Of a stretch of 64,000 nucleotides of DNA, positions 39,759 to 49,475 are shown one piece after another. The translations under genes and the position numbers were made by a program. Source of the stretch: an uncultured Candidatus Rokubacteria bacterium (GTDB lineage Bacteria > Methylomirabilota > Methylomirabilia > Rokubacteriales > CSP1-6); assembly GCA_963762145.1 (NCBI GenBank), contig CAVXJS010000021.1:928001-992000 (forward strand), written 5' to 3'. Numbering within the stretch: position 1 is the first letter of the stretch; every line of letters starts with the position of its first letter. Below the pieces are notes generated by a model. That model ran no database searches, was not told where the DNA came from, and saw only the letters and a program-made list of their open reading frames with translations.

Positions 39759-40957
39759 CGCGCGCCCCCCGCGGCGGCCGGATCCACGTAGTCCGGCCGC
39801 ACCGCGTACGGATACGGGCCCTCGACCGTCTGGCCCCGGGCGAACCGGCCCAGACCGAATGCCTCGATGTCGACCGTCTTGGCCCGACCGTCCGTGATGA
39901 GCTCCGCCATGCACGTGCCGACCGCCGGGGCGATCTTGAAGCCGGACCCGCTGAACGCGGTGGCCAGGTAGAGCCCGTCGATGCCCTCCACCGCCCCCAG
40001 GATCGCGTGGCGGTCCGCGCTGTAGCCGTCGAAGGCACGGTAGCCGCGGGACAGCGTCGCCCGCTCCATCGCCGGGATGCGATGGGTGAGCAGCTGCGCG
40101 CCAAGGCCGGCCGCCTCGGGCGGCAGCCCGGTGCCGAGGGTATCCGGATCGATATCCCACTCCTGGCACGGCACGCCGACCAGCGTGAGTCCGCCGCTTT
40201 CCGGCCGGAAGTAGTTGCCCTGCACGTTGTCGATGAAGACCATGTGCGGATCGCGCAGCGCGGCGGGCCGGCTCACCGCCACCGTGTCGATGGCCTTCGG
40301 CCGCGCGGGCACCGCGAGGCCGATCTCCTCGCAGAGCCGGCGCGACCAGGCGCCCGCGGCCACCACCACGTGGCCCGCGTCGATCGGGCCCGCGGCCGTC
40401 TCGACGCCGGTGACGCGGCTCTCGCGCCGGACGATGCGGGTCACCGCGGTCCACGGGAGCACGCGCGCGCCCAGCTCCACCGCGCGGCGCCGGAAGCCCT
40501 CCACCGTCTCGGCCGGGTTGGCGTAGCCGCTCTCCGGCTCGTAGGCCGCCGCGCCGACGTCGTCCACGTGGGCGAAGGGCTGGAGCTCCCGCAGCTCGGC
40601 CGGGGTGATCGCGGTGGTGTTGACCCCGATGCGGCGGAGCATCTCCACGTTCCGCCGCAGGTGATCGGCGTAGCGCGGCGCCACCACGTTGACGAAGCCG
40701 GTGTGGGTGAACACCGGCGGGCCGCCCATCAGCTCGGCCCAGTGCCGGAACATCGGGAAGCTGGCCCAGGCCAGGCGTGCGTCCCATTCATTCGTGTAGT
40801 GCATGCGTACCAGCGCGCTCGAGCGGCCGGAAGCGCCGCCCGCGAGGGCTCCCTTCTCGACGAGGACGACCTTCACGCCCTTCGCGGCCAGCGCGTAGGC
40901 AATGCTCGCGCCGTTGACCCCGCCGCCGACCACCACCACCTCGGCCGTCTGGCTCAT
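39755..40957 (-). CDS. FAD-dependent oxidoreductase (DAO/sarcosine oxidase beta-like)
   Basis: VVGGGVNG, GASGRS, YEPESGYANP, AAGAWS, FSGSGFKIAP. Confidence 0.92.
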   Translation of the reverse strand: MSQTAEVVVVGGGVNGASIAYALAAKGVKVVLVEKGALAGGASGRSSALVRMHYTNEWDARLAWASFPMFRHWAELMGGPPVFTHTGFVNVVAPRYADHLRRNVEMLRRIGVNTTAITPAELRELQPFAHVDDVGAAAYEPESGYANPAETVEGFRRRAVELGARVLPWTAVTRIVRRESRVTGVETAAGPIDAGHVVVAAGAWSRRLCEEIGLAVPARPKAIDTVAVSRPAALRDPHMVFIDNVQGNYFRPESGGLTLVGVPCQEWDIDPDTLGTGLPPEAAGLGAQLLTHRIPAMERATLSRGYRAFDGYSADRHAILGAVEGIDGLYLATAFSGSGFKIAPAVGTCMAELITDGRAKTVDIEAFGLGRFARGQTVEGPYPYAVRPDYVDPAAAGGAR

Positions 40958-40965
40958 CGCCGAGC

Positions 40966-41784
40966 CTACTTCAGCAGCGCGCGCGCGGCGGCCAGGTTCG
41001 CCTCCGCGCCGCTCTTCAGGACCAGCACCGCGTCGTCGAATCCGAGGTCCCGCAGGCGCCGGATCCGCTGCGCGGCGACGTCGGGGGCACAGCGCAGATG
41101 GAACGGACCGTCGTCGGGACACGGCTCCGTGGGCCCGGTGAGATCCACTGCGATGTTCGTCACGATCGCGCGCTTGCCGCCCGCGGCCCGGTATCGCTGG
41201 ATCCCGTCGGCCAGCGTGTTGAGGTTGGTCTTGCCCGCCGAGGCGATCCAGCCGTCGAACTCCTGGGCCGCCCGCGGGATCCAGCGCTTGCCGCCCCAGC
41301 TCCCGATCAGCACCGCCGGGCCGCCGAGCGCGCCGGGCCATGGAGTGAGGTTGGCCGCGCCGACCTGCTCCCCGCGCCAGAGCCGACGCATGACCGGCAG
41401 CGCGTCCTCGAAGGCCTGCAGGCGCGCGGCGTAGTCGAGCCCGAGCGCGTCGAAGTCGGCCTTGGTGGACCCCGCGCCCACGCCGAGCAGGAGCCGCCCG
41501 CCGGAGATGAGGTGCGCGGTAAGGATGCGGTGGGCCAGCTCGACGGGGTTGCGCAGCGGCACCTGCAGCACGCACGTTCCCACCTCGACCCGGGTGGTGA
41601 CCGCGGCGGCGACCGAGACGCCGATCAGCGGGTCGGGCAGGATGAAGCCCCGGTTCATCGCGTCGAAGAACCAGAGGCTGTCGAACCCGATCCGCTCGGC
41701 CGTCCGCGCGCTGCCGACCAGCACGTCGCCGGTGAGCGGCGAGCCGTCCGGGCTCAGCGTGGCCACCCCGATCCCGAGGCGCAT
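40966..41784 (-). CDS. LLM-class flavin-dependent oxidoreductase
   Basis: AERIGFDSLWFFD, PLRNPVELA, SGGRLLLGVGAG. Confidence 0.9.
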   Translation of the reverse strand: MRLGIGVATLSPDGSPLTGDVLVGSARTAERIGFDSLWFFDAMNRGFILPDPLIGVSVAAAVTTRVEVGTCVLQVPLRNPVELAHRILTAHLISGGRLLLGVGAGSTKADFDALGLDYAARLQAFEDALPVMRRLWRGEQVGAANLTPWPGALGGPAVLIGSWGGKRWIPRAAQEFDGWIASAGKTNLNTLADGIQRYRAAGGKRAIVTNIAVDLTGPTEPCPDDGPFHLRCAPDVAAQRIRRLRDLGFDDAVLVLKSGAEANLAAARALLK

Positions 41785-41787
41785 GGC

Positions 41788-42198
41788 CTAGGTCGCCTCG
41801 CTGCGGTAGCCGCGCGCGTCGCTCGTGACGCCGTCCTGGTAGTTGACGATGCGCTTCGGGGAGACGTGGGTGCCGAGCAGGCGCAGCACCTGGTCGCCCA
41901 CCACCCGGAAGGCGTGCGGTGTCTCCGGCGGTACCGCGATCGTGTCGCCCTTGCGCAGCACCACCGCGGACTCGGGCTGCCCGTCGATCCACGCTTCGGC
42001 CACGCCGTCCAGGATGTGGAGGATCTCGATGTAGGGGTGCGAGTGCACCGCGGCCGCGTAGCCGGGCTGCGCGGTCTGGATCCCGGTGCGCACCGGCGTG
42101 CTGCCCGCGTCGTCGCCCACGATGGGCTGGTAGTGCGACAGGGGGCCGAAGCTCACCCGCTCGGTATCGTCCAGCCGGATGACCGTGATCGCCTTCAT
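41788..42198 (-). CDS. Cupin domain protein
   Basis: HSHPYIE...G and GD...VPP.TPH cupin motifs. Confidence 0.88.
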   Translation of the reverse strand: MKAITVIRLDDTERVSFGPLSHYQPIVGDDAGSTPVRTGIQTAQPGYAAAVHSHPYIEILHILDGVAEAWIDGQPESAVVLRKGDTIAVPPETPHAFRVVGDQVLRLLGTHVSPKRIVNYQDGVTSDARGYRSEAT

Positions 42199-43288
42199 GC
42201 CGCCTCCTTCCGCGCCGCCGCCACCTGCCGGAAGACGCGCACGTAGTTGCCGCCGATGAGCTTCGTCGTCTCCGCCGGGCTGAAGCCTCGCCGGAGGAAC
42301 AGGTCCACCACCGCGGGCAGGTCGGCGTAGTCGTCCCACACCTCGTTCACGCCCCCTCCATGTCGGTGCCGAGGCCGACGTGATCCACGCCCGCCACGTC
42401 CACCAGGCGCGCGATCCCCGAAACCCAGTCGCGCGCGTCCACGAACTGGTAGGCGGCGGGCCACACCCCGATCACCCCGCCCGCCTGCGCCATGAGCTTT
42501 GCATGGTCGGCGGAGATCAAGCGCGTGTAGGGCTGAAGGGGCGCGGTGGTGAGCGAGGTGTGCGAGAGGATGAAGGGCACCGCGCTGACCCGCGCCGCCT
42601 GCTCGACCAGCTTGAAGGTCCCATGGGCCACGTCCACCACGATGCCCAGCCGATTGCACTCGCGGATGGTGTCCACGCCGAGCGGGCTCAGCCCGCCCCA
42701 CTTGGCCTCCTCCGTCTGCTGATCGCCGAGCTCGCTCGGCATGTAGTGCACGACCTGGAGCTGGCGGACACCGCGGCGATACACCTCCTCGACCCGCTCG
42801 AGACGGCCGTCCATGAAGTGGCAGCCCTCGATCGTGACGATGAGCGCGGGCCGCCCCGCCGCCTTCGCGGCGTCGAGATCGGCCGGGGTCAGCACACGGG
42901 TCAGACCCGCCGGCCCCAGCAGCGAGTCCATGAAGGTCAGCCGCTGCCGCGTGAACTCGTAGAGCTCGCCGGGCGCGGGATCGCGGTATTGCCGGATTCT
43001 ACCGCCGGTAGGCGGCCGGCGAATGACCGGCCCATCCGCGGAGTGACAGAGGCACACCGCCGACATCCGCCCGCGCCGCATGTGATCCGCCAGGTCGTAC
43101 TTGGCCACCCGCGAGAACCCCGCTCCCGCGGAGTGAGTATGCATGTCCACCGAGATCGCGCCGGCCAGCACCCCGGGCACCCGCGGATCCAGATCCTCCA
43201 GCTTCCGCCCCTTGACCCCCGCGCACCCCGCCACCGCCATCGCGGCAGCACCACCCAGAAACGCCCGCCGGCTCAAGCCCTGGGTCAT
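42195..43288 (-). CDS. Membrane dipeptidase (M19) with Tat/lipoprotein signal (frameshift near 42352)
   Basis: SRRAFL...VAGC, DMHTH, IEG, DVAHG, SHT, DHVGLGTD, then GGNYVRV in the shifted frame. Confidence 0.88.
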
Positions 43289-43365
43289 GAGCCCGGATTC
43301 TACGCCAGGAGCCCGTCCCGACACCAACGGCTCATGCCAACTCCCGGACAGCTTGGCCGCTCCGA

Positions 43366-43443
43366 GCACGGGCTTCGCCCGTGCATCCTGTTTCTGGGGG
43401 GAGGTCCGGAAGGGGGGCAAAGCCCCCCTCCGGGTCACCCTAG
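43366..43443. repeat. Intergenic double-hairpin (REP/MITE-like) element
   Basis: GCACGGGC-TTC-GCCCGTGC (43366-43384) and CCGGA(A)GGGGGGC-AAA-GCCCCCCTCCGG (43406-43433), ending at CTAG. Confidence 0.55.
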
Positions 43444-44185
43444 ATACGCCCCGCCGTTTGCGTGGATGAGCTCGCCGGTGATGAACGCGGCCTCTTCCGA
43501 GGCGAGGAACACGGCGACCCGCGCGATCTCGTCGGGCTGCGCCATGCGCCCGAGCGGGATCTCCTGCGCGCGCGCCGCGATCTGCTCCTCGGTATTGCCG
43601 TAGCGGGGCTGCTGCGTGTCGGTCAGGCCGGGCGCGATGGCGTTGACGCGGATGCGATGCGGGGCCAGCGCGAGGGCCATCGCGCGGGTCATGCCGAGCA
43701 CACCCGCCTTGCTGGCCGAGTAGTGCACGCCGCGCGCGTCGCCCCGGATGGCGGAGGACGAGATGTTGATGATCGCGCCCGGCTTCCCGGCCGCCACCAT
43801 CGCGCGTGCCGCCGCCTGGGCGCACAGGAAGCCGCCCTTGAGATTCACCCCGAGCACGTGATCCCACTCCGACTCGGCCAGCTCGAGGAACGGGGCGCGC
43901 GGGAAGACCCCCGCGTTGTTGACGAGGATGTCGGGCGTGCCCAGCGCCGCGGTCGCCGCCGCCATCATCCCCGCGACATCCTCGCGCCGCGCGACGTCAC
44001 CCGCGACGGTCATCGCCTTGCCGCCGTGGCTCCGGACCTCGGCCGCGACGCGCTCGGCGGCCGCGCGGTCGTCCAGGAAGTTGACACAGACACTGGCGCC
44101 GTCTCGTCCCAGCGCGATGGCGATGGCCCGGCCGATGCCCTGCTGGGCGCCCGTGACGAGCGCAACCCTGACCGTCGAGTCGCAT
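43435..44185 (-). CDS. Short-chain dehydrogenase/reductase (FabG-like; +1 base near 44167)
   Basis: MRLDGQ/VALVTGAQQGIG, NNAG, YSASK, VNAIAPG. Confidence 0.92.
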
Positions 44186-44213
44186 GGACGAGAAGGAGGG
44201 CGGCCGGCGCGGG

Positions 44214-44666
44214 CTACTGCGTGGGCGGCGGCGCCGGCGCCGCCGGCGGGGAAGCCGGAGCGCTGGGGACCCACACCCACTGCCAGGGCTGCGACACGCC
44301 GTCGCCGTAGAGCACGTACTTGCCGTGCGCGTACACCACCTCACGGTTCACCGGCGGCGGCGCCACGTAGGTCGTCGGGGCCTGCTGGTAGGTGACGACG
44401 GGCGGCGACGAGTAGTAGTAGCTCGGCCCATAGTAGTAGGACGGGTAGTACGGGTAGTACGCGTAGGGGTACCGGTACGGCGCGGCGAGCGCGGCGCCCA
44501 GCGCCAGGCCGCCGACGAAGAAGCCCGCTCCGTAGCCATACCCGCCACGATAGTAGCCGCCACGGTAGTAACCACCCCTCCCGCCGGCCCAGGCATCGGC
44601 CGGCACGAGCGCCACCGGGACCAGGACCGCCACCACCAGGAGCCACGCCATCCACTTCTTGCTCAT
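44214..44666 (-). CDS. Secreted Gly/Tyr/Pro-rich low-complexity protein
   Basis: Signal peptide (AWA), GGYYRGGYYRGGYGYG repeats; AGGAGG RBS. Confidence 0.8.
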   Translation of the reverse strand: MSKKWMAWLLVVAVLVPVALVPADAWAGGRGGYYRGGYYRGGYGYGAGFFVGGLALGAALAAPYRYPYAYYPYYPSYYYGPSYYYSSPPVVTYQQAPTTYVAPPPVNREVVYAHGKYVLYGDGVSQPWQWVWVPSAPASPPAAPAPPPTQ

Positions 44667-44733
44667 ACCCGTCCTCCTGGCCCACATCTTACACCGTGGG
44701 CGAGCGCTCCTGGCTGGTACCCTTCAGGGGGCC

Positions 44734-46050
44734 ATGACGCACCCCGTCTTCCCGCTCCGCGCGGTCACCGCTCTGTTTCTGGAGCGGCAGCACCTGACCC
44801 GGCCGCGCGTCCGGCCGCTCACCCCCGCGCGCTTGACCCGGTTCGTCGAGGACGTGGGCGGGCTGCAGATGGACTCGATCAACGTGCTCGACCGCGCCCA
44901 CTACCTGACGGTCTGGAGCCGCTTCGGCCCCTACGATCGGCCGCGCCTCGATCGGCTGGTCTATCGCCGCCGGCTCTTTCTCGAGTACTGGGCCCACGCG
45001 GCCTGCCTGGTGCCCGCCTCGATGCTGCCCTGGTGGCGGCGCGCGATGCTCGACTACCAGCGACGGCACACCGGCTGGTCCAACTGGCTCCGGCGCAACA
45101 CGAAGCTCCTCGGGCTCGTGACCGAGACGATCCGCGCCAACGGTCCGATGAGCCATGGCGAGATGGAGGAGCGCGGGCCGCGCCGCGGCAGCCGGGGGTG
45201 GTGGAACTGGCGGCCGGTCCAGCACGCGATCCACTATCTCTGGATGACCGGCGTGCTCACCGTGCACTCGCGCCGGCATTTCCAGAAGCGCTACGATCTC
45301 CTCGAGCGCGCGGTCGCGCCCACCGGGACGGAGCCGGTGTCCGCCGAGCAGTTCCTGCGCTGGCACGTGGAGCGGTCGCTCCACGCGATGGGCGCGGCCA
45401 CCGAGCTCGACCTGAGCCGGTACCTCACCTACCCGCGCCTGCCGCGAGCCGCGCGCCGCGCGGCCCTCCGCGCGATGGTGACCGAGGGCCTCGTGACCGA
45501 GATCACGGTGAAGGACCGGGCCGGCCGCTGGCTCGTGCTGACCCGCGACCTGCCCGCGCTCCGCCGCGCGGGCCGGCGCCGCACCGTCGCGGACGGGACC
45601 ACCCTGCTCGCGCCCTTCGACTCGCTCCTCTGGCACCGCGACCGGGTCTCACGGCTGTTCGGCTTCGACTACCGCATCGAGGTCTACACGCCGGGCCCGA
45701 AGCGCGTGCACGGCTACTACACGCTCCCGATCCTCCACCACGGCCACCTCATCGGCCGGCTGGACGCCAAGGCCCATCGCGGCGCCCGGTGGCTGGAGGT
45801 GCGCCACGTGCACTTCGAGCGGTGGCTCGCCCGGGGCGAGTCGCCCCCCGCGGGCTTGGGCGAGGTGGACCGGGATCAGGTCGTGACGGAGCTCGCCGAC
45901 GCGCTGGTCTCCCTGGGCGCGTTCGTCGGCGCGGAGCGCATCACGCTCGGCCGCGTGACGCCGGGCCGCCTGCGCGCCCCGCTCCGGCGCGCGGTCACTT
46001 CTTCCGGTACACGTTCAGCCCCACCTTCTCCTCCCGCTCCGGAACCGTGA
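44734..46050 (+). CDS. ycaQ: YcaQ/AlkZ-family winged-helix crosslink-repair DNA glycosylase
   Basis: LQMDSINV..RAHYL..WSR (QxD motif), EYWAHAA, LLAPFDSL, FDYRIEVYTP..KR.HGYY.LPIL. Confidence 0.88.
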   Translation: MTHPVFPLRAVTALFLERQHLTRPRVRPLTPARLTRFVEDVGGLQMDSINVLDRAHYLTVWSRFGPYDRPRLDRLVYRRRLFLEYWAHAACLVPASMLPWWRRAMLDYQRRHTGWSNWLRRNTKLLGLVTETIRANGPMSHGEMEERGPRRGSRGWWNWRPVQHAIHYLWMTGVLTVHSRRHFQKRYDLLERAVAPTGTEPVSAEQFLRWHVERSLHAMGAATELDLSRYLTYPRLPRAARRAALRAMVTEGLVTEITVKDRAGRWLVLTRDLPALRRAGRRRTVADGTTLLAPFDSLLWHRDRVSRLFGFDYRIEVYTPGPKRVHGYYTLPILHHGHLIGRLDAKAHRGARWLEVRHVHFERWLARGESPPAGLGEVDRDQVVTELADALVSLGAFVGAERITLGRVTPGRLRAPLRRAVTSSGTRSAPPSPPAPEP

Positions 46051-46171
46051 TGTTCCCCTCGGTGGAGGCGATGATGATGGTCTTGCCCGAGGCGGACGGA
46101 CCGAACTCCTTGGTGAGGTCCACCTTGATCGTCAGGATGTTTCCGGCTACCGTCATCTCCACGTTTTTCAT
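45995..46171 (-). CDS. Conserved 58-aa hypothetical protein
   Basis: MKNVEMTVAGNILTIKVDLTKEFGPSASGKTIIIASTEGN; GAGG RBS and host-like codon bias. Confidence 0.8.
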   Translation of the reverse strand: MKNVEMTVAGNILTIKVDLTKEFGPSASGKTIIIASTEGNITVPEREEKVGLNVYRKK

Positions 46172-46201
46172 GTCCTCACTCACTTTCCTGGGAGGTGCAC
46201 C

Positions 46202-46681
46202 ATGAGCGCACGGGCCGAGTCGCTGGCGAAACAGTTCGAGACCAAGGCCGCCGAGCTGACCGCGGTGATCAGGGGCCTCTCCGACGCCGACTGGAAGAAG
46301 ACCACCGAGGCCGAGAAGTGGTCCGTCGGGGTCACCGCGCATCACGTCGCGGGCAGCCACGAGGGCATCCTCGGCATCGTGAAGACCCTCGCCGCCGGCC
46401 AGTCGATTCCGAACTTTACCATGGACATGCTGCACGAGATGAACGCCAAGCACGCGAAGGAGCAGGCCGGCTGCACCAAGGCCGAGACCCTCGCGCTCCA
46501 CGAGAAGAACGCGGCCGCGGCCGCCGCGGTGGTGCGCGGGCTCTCCGACGCCGAGCTCGACCAGAAGGGGACGGTGCTCGCCGGGATGCCGGCGATGACC
46601 ACCCAGCAGGTGGTCGAGGCCATCCTGATCAACCACATCAACGATCACATGGGCAGCATCCGCAAGACCGTCGGCGGCTGA
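46202..46681 (+). CDS. DinB/YfiT-like metal-binding protein
   Basis: W..WSV...AHH and terminal H...H pattern; GGAGG RBS. Confidence 0.8.
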   Translation: MSARAESLAKQFETKAAELTAVIRGLSDADWKKTTEAEKWSVGVTAHHVAGSHEGILGIVKTLAAGQSIPNFTMDMLHEMNAKHAKEQAGCTKAETLALHEKNAAAAAAVVRGLSDAELDQKGTVLAGMPAMTTQQVVEAILINHINDHMGSIRKTVGG

Positions 46682-46690
46682 GCGCCCGGC

Positions 46691-47071
46691 GTGCGAGCCG
46701 TCGCGACGCTGCTGACCGTGCTGGTGGCGGTGGAGCACATCGGGATCATGGTGCTGGAGATGTTCTTCTGGGATCACCCGGTGGGCCGCCGGGTCTTCAA
46801 CATGACGCCGGAGGTCTCGGCGACCTCCCGGGTGCTCGCGGCGAACCAGGGCCTCTACAACGGCTTCCTCGCGGCGGGACTCTTCTGGGGGCTCTCGCGG
46901 GGCGATCGGCGGGTGAAGGTGTTCTTCCTCGTCTGCGTGGTGGTCGCGGGCCTCTTCGGCGGCCTCACCGCGAAGCCGTCGATCGTGCTGACCCAGGCCC
47001 TGCCCGCAGCCCTCGCGCTGGCGGCCTACTTCTTGAGCCGGACGTCCTCCAGGGGCGCCGACCACGGGTAG
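46691..47071 (+). CDS. DUF1304 family membrane protein
   Basis: EH..I..LEMFFW and ANQGLYNGFLAAGL. Confidence 0.9.
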   Translation: MRAVATLLTVLVAVEHIGIMVLEMFFWDHPVGRRVFNMTPEVSATSRVLAANQGLYNGFLAAGLFWGLSRGDRRVKVFFLVCVVVAGLFGGLTAKPSIVLTQALPAALALAAYFLSRTSSRGADHG

Positions 47072-48555
47072 GGATCGATCAGCATCAGCGCGGGCTCGGC
47101 CACCCGCGGGCCGACGGCGCTCGGCCAGATGTAGTCCATGATCGGCGCGAAACGTACCCGCTCGTGGATGAGGCGCTGGATCTGGTGGAGCTGGGCCTCC
47201 CGCTTGCGGGGATCGGTCTCGCGGGCCTGCTGCTTGTAGAGGGCATCGATGTCCGGATAGCCGCCGTACGCGAAGGCGCCGTCGCTGGGCACCGTCTCGG
47301 CGATGCGCGAGGCCGCGTTGCCATAGACCGCGTTGATGCAGACGCAGAGGCCCTTGAGCTTCTTCGACGCGAGCGCCGGGTAGAAGGCGGCGCGCTCCAT
47401 GATCCGCAGCCGCACCTTGATCCCGACCGCGCCGAGATAGTTGCCGACCGCCTCGCCCATCGAGGTATAGGGCGGCCACGGGTAGAGCTCGCCCGCGTCG
47501 AATCCGTTGGGGTACCCGGCCTCGGCCAGCAGCTGCTTCGCCTTCGCGGGATCGTACGGGTGAGGATCGAGCGGGAGCGCGAACTCGAACTTCCGCGGGA
47601 TCAGGCTCCCGTTGGGCCGGGAGGCGCCGAGCGTCTCCGCCTCGCTCAGGGCCTGACGGTCGAGCGCGAGACTGGCAGCCAGCCGTACCCGCCGGTCGTG
47701 CCAGGGCGATTTCGGATCCCACTGATCAAAGTAGTCGAGGTAGTAGGTTCCGATGCCGCCCGAGAAGGCGAGCTTGAGCGAGGGGTCCTTCTTGATGTCC
47801 TGCGCCTGCGGGGCATCCAGGAGATAGGCCAGGTCCACCTCGCCGCGCTTGAGCATGGCCAGCCGGGTGTTGGCGTCGGGCACGCTCTTGTAGACCAGCC
47901 GCTTGACCGAGGGCATCTTGCGCCAGTAGCCCTCGTAGGCCTCCATCACCAGCTCGACGCCCGGCGTGTGGCTGACGAACTTGTAGGGCCCGAGACCCAC
48001 CGGATTCTTCTTGAAGCCGTCGGGCCCCACCTGCTCCATGTACTTCTTGGGGGCGATCCAGCCCGCGCTGGTCGCGTAGGTGCCGTAGAAGGTCATGAAG
48101 TCGGGCCACGGCTCGTGGAGGTGGAAGCGCACCCGGTAGGGCCCCGCGACTTCCACGTCGCGCACCTTCTCCTGGAGCACCTTGGCACCCTTGGCGCGGT
48201 GGAAGCTCCACCGCACGTCCTCGGACGTGAACGGGTCGCCGTTGTGGAACTTCACGCCCTCGCGCAGCTTGAACTCGTACACCCGCCCGTCCGGGCTCAC
48301 CTTCCACGACTCGGCCAGGCTCGGGGCGAGGAGATTGCCGGGCATCGGCTTCACGAGCGCGTCGTGCATCGCGGTGAGCACCCAGAACGGGGTCAGCACG
48401 CCCACCACCTCGGCCGGATCGAACCAGGCCGGCGCGAGCGTCACGTAGAGCGCCCAGCGCATCTCGCCCTCGGGCTTGGCCTGGGCGGAGGCGGGAGCGA
48501 GACCGGCACCGAGCAGCAGGACGACCACCAGGATCACGGACACGAGAGCGCGCAT
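47026..48555 (-). CDS. Peptide/nickel ABC substrate-binding protein (family 5)
   Basis: Signal peptide; SLAESW, F.LREGVKFHNG, GLGPYKF, YDPAKAKQLLAEAGYPNGF. Confidence 0.93.
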   Translation of the reverse strand: MRALVSVILVVVLLLGAGLAPASAQAKPEGEMRWALYVTLAPAWFDPAEVVGVLTPFWVLTAMHDALVKPMPGNLLAPSLAESWKVSPDGRVYEFKLREGVKFHNGDPFTSEDVRWSFHRAKGAKVLQEKVRDVEVAGPYRVRFHLHEPWPDFMTFYGTYATSAGWIAPKKYMEQVGPDGFKKNPVGLGPYKFVSHTPGVELVMEAYEGYWRKMPSVKRLVYKSVPDANTRLAMLKRGEVDLAYLLDAPQAQDIKKDPSLKLAFSGGIGTYYLDYFDQWDPKSPWHDRRVRLAASLALDRQALSEAETLGASRPNGSLIPRKFEFALPLDPHPYDPAKAKQLLAEAGYPNGFDAGELYPWPPYTSMGEAVGNYLGAVGIKVRLRIMERAAFYPALASKKLKGLCVCINAVYGNAASRIAETVPSDGAFAYGGYPDIDALYKQQARETDPRKREAQLHQIQRLIHERVRFAPIMDYIWPSAVGPRVAEPALMLIDPYPWSAPLEDVRLKK

Positions 48556-48560
48556 GGGTC

Positions 48561-49461
48561 TTAGCCTCGAAGCTTCGGATCCCACGCGTCCCGCAGCGTG
48601 TCGCCGAAGAGATTGAACCCCAGGACGGCCAGGCTGATCGCCAGGCCCGGGAAGAGCGCGAGCCACGGCGCCTGCTCCATGAACGCGCGGCCGGTGCTGC
48701 TGAGCATGAGGCCCCACGAGGGCATCGGCGGCTGGGTGCCCACGCCGAGGAAGGACAGCGACGCCTCGATCAGGATGGCGTTGCCGAGCCAGATGGAGGC
48801 GATGACCAGGATCGGCGCGGTCACGTTGGGCAGGATGTGGCTCAGGATGATCCGCGGATGGCGGCAGCCGATCGCCTGCGCGGCCTCCACGTAGCGGTTC
48901 TGCTTGGCGGCCAGCACCGCGCCGCGGACGATCCGCGAGTTGCCGGGGATGATCACCATCGCGATCGCGAGCATCGCGTTGGTGGTGTTGGGCGTGAGCA
49001 CCGAGACGATGGCCAGCGCCAGCACCAGCCCGGGGATCGCCTGGATCGCATCCATGATGCGCTGGAGCACGAGATCGGTGCGCCCCTCGCAGTAGCCGGA
49101 CACGAGCCCGATGATCATGCCCGCGATCGTGCCGATGCCGACCGCGAGCAGCCCGACCCAGAGCGAGATGCGGCTGCCGTAGATGACGCGGCTCAGCACG
49201 TCTCGCCCGATGTCGTCGGTGCCGAAGGGGTGCTCCCAGCTCGGGGCCGCGAGCCGGATCTCCGGCTGGGCCGCGAGCGGGTCGTAGGGCGCGAGCACGT
49301 CGGCGAAGATCGCGGTGAGCACGATCACCGCGATGAGCGCGGCCGAGACGAGCCCCGAGCGGCTTGCGCCGCATCACGGTCCAGAGCGCCCGCGCGCGAC
49401 CCGAGCTCGACGCAGTGGGCTCGGCCGTCCGAAGTGGGCCGCGGGCGCGTGTCACGGCCAT
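48561..49461 (-). CDS. Peptide ABC permease (OppC-like; frameshift near 49350)
   Basis: FGTDDIGRDV, YVEAAQAIG, EASLSFLG, PSWG. Confidence 0.92.
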
Positions 49462-49475
49462 CGCGGGCCCTCGCC

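Noticed and set aside
37809-39791. 660-aa ORF as a real patatin fusion
   Set aside because: Its last ~250 aa are the antisense shadow of DUF1028, reached because the patatin stop was lost.
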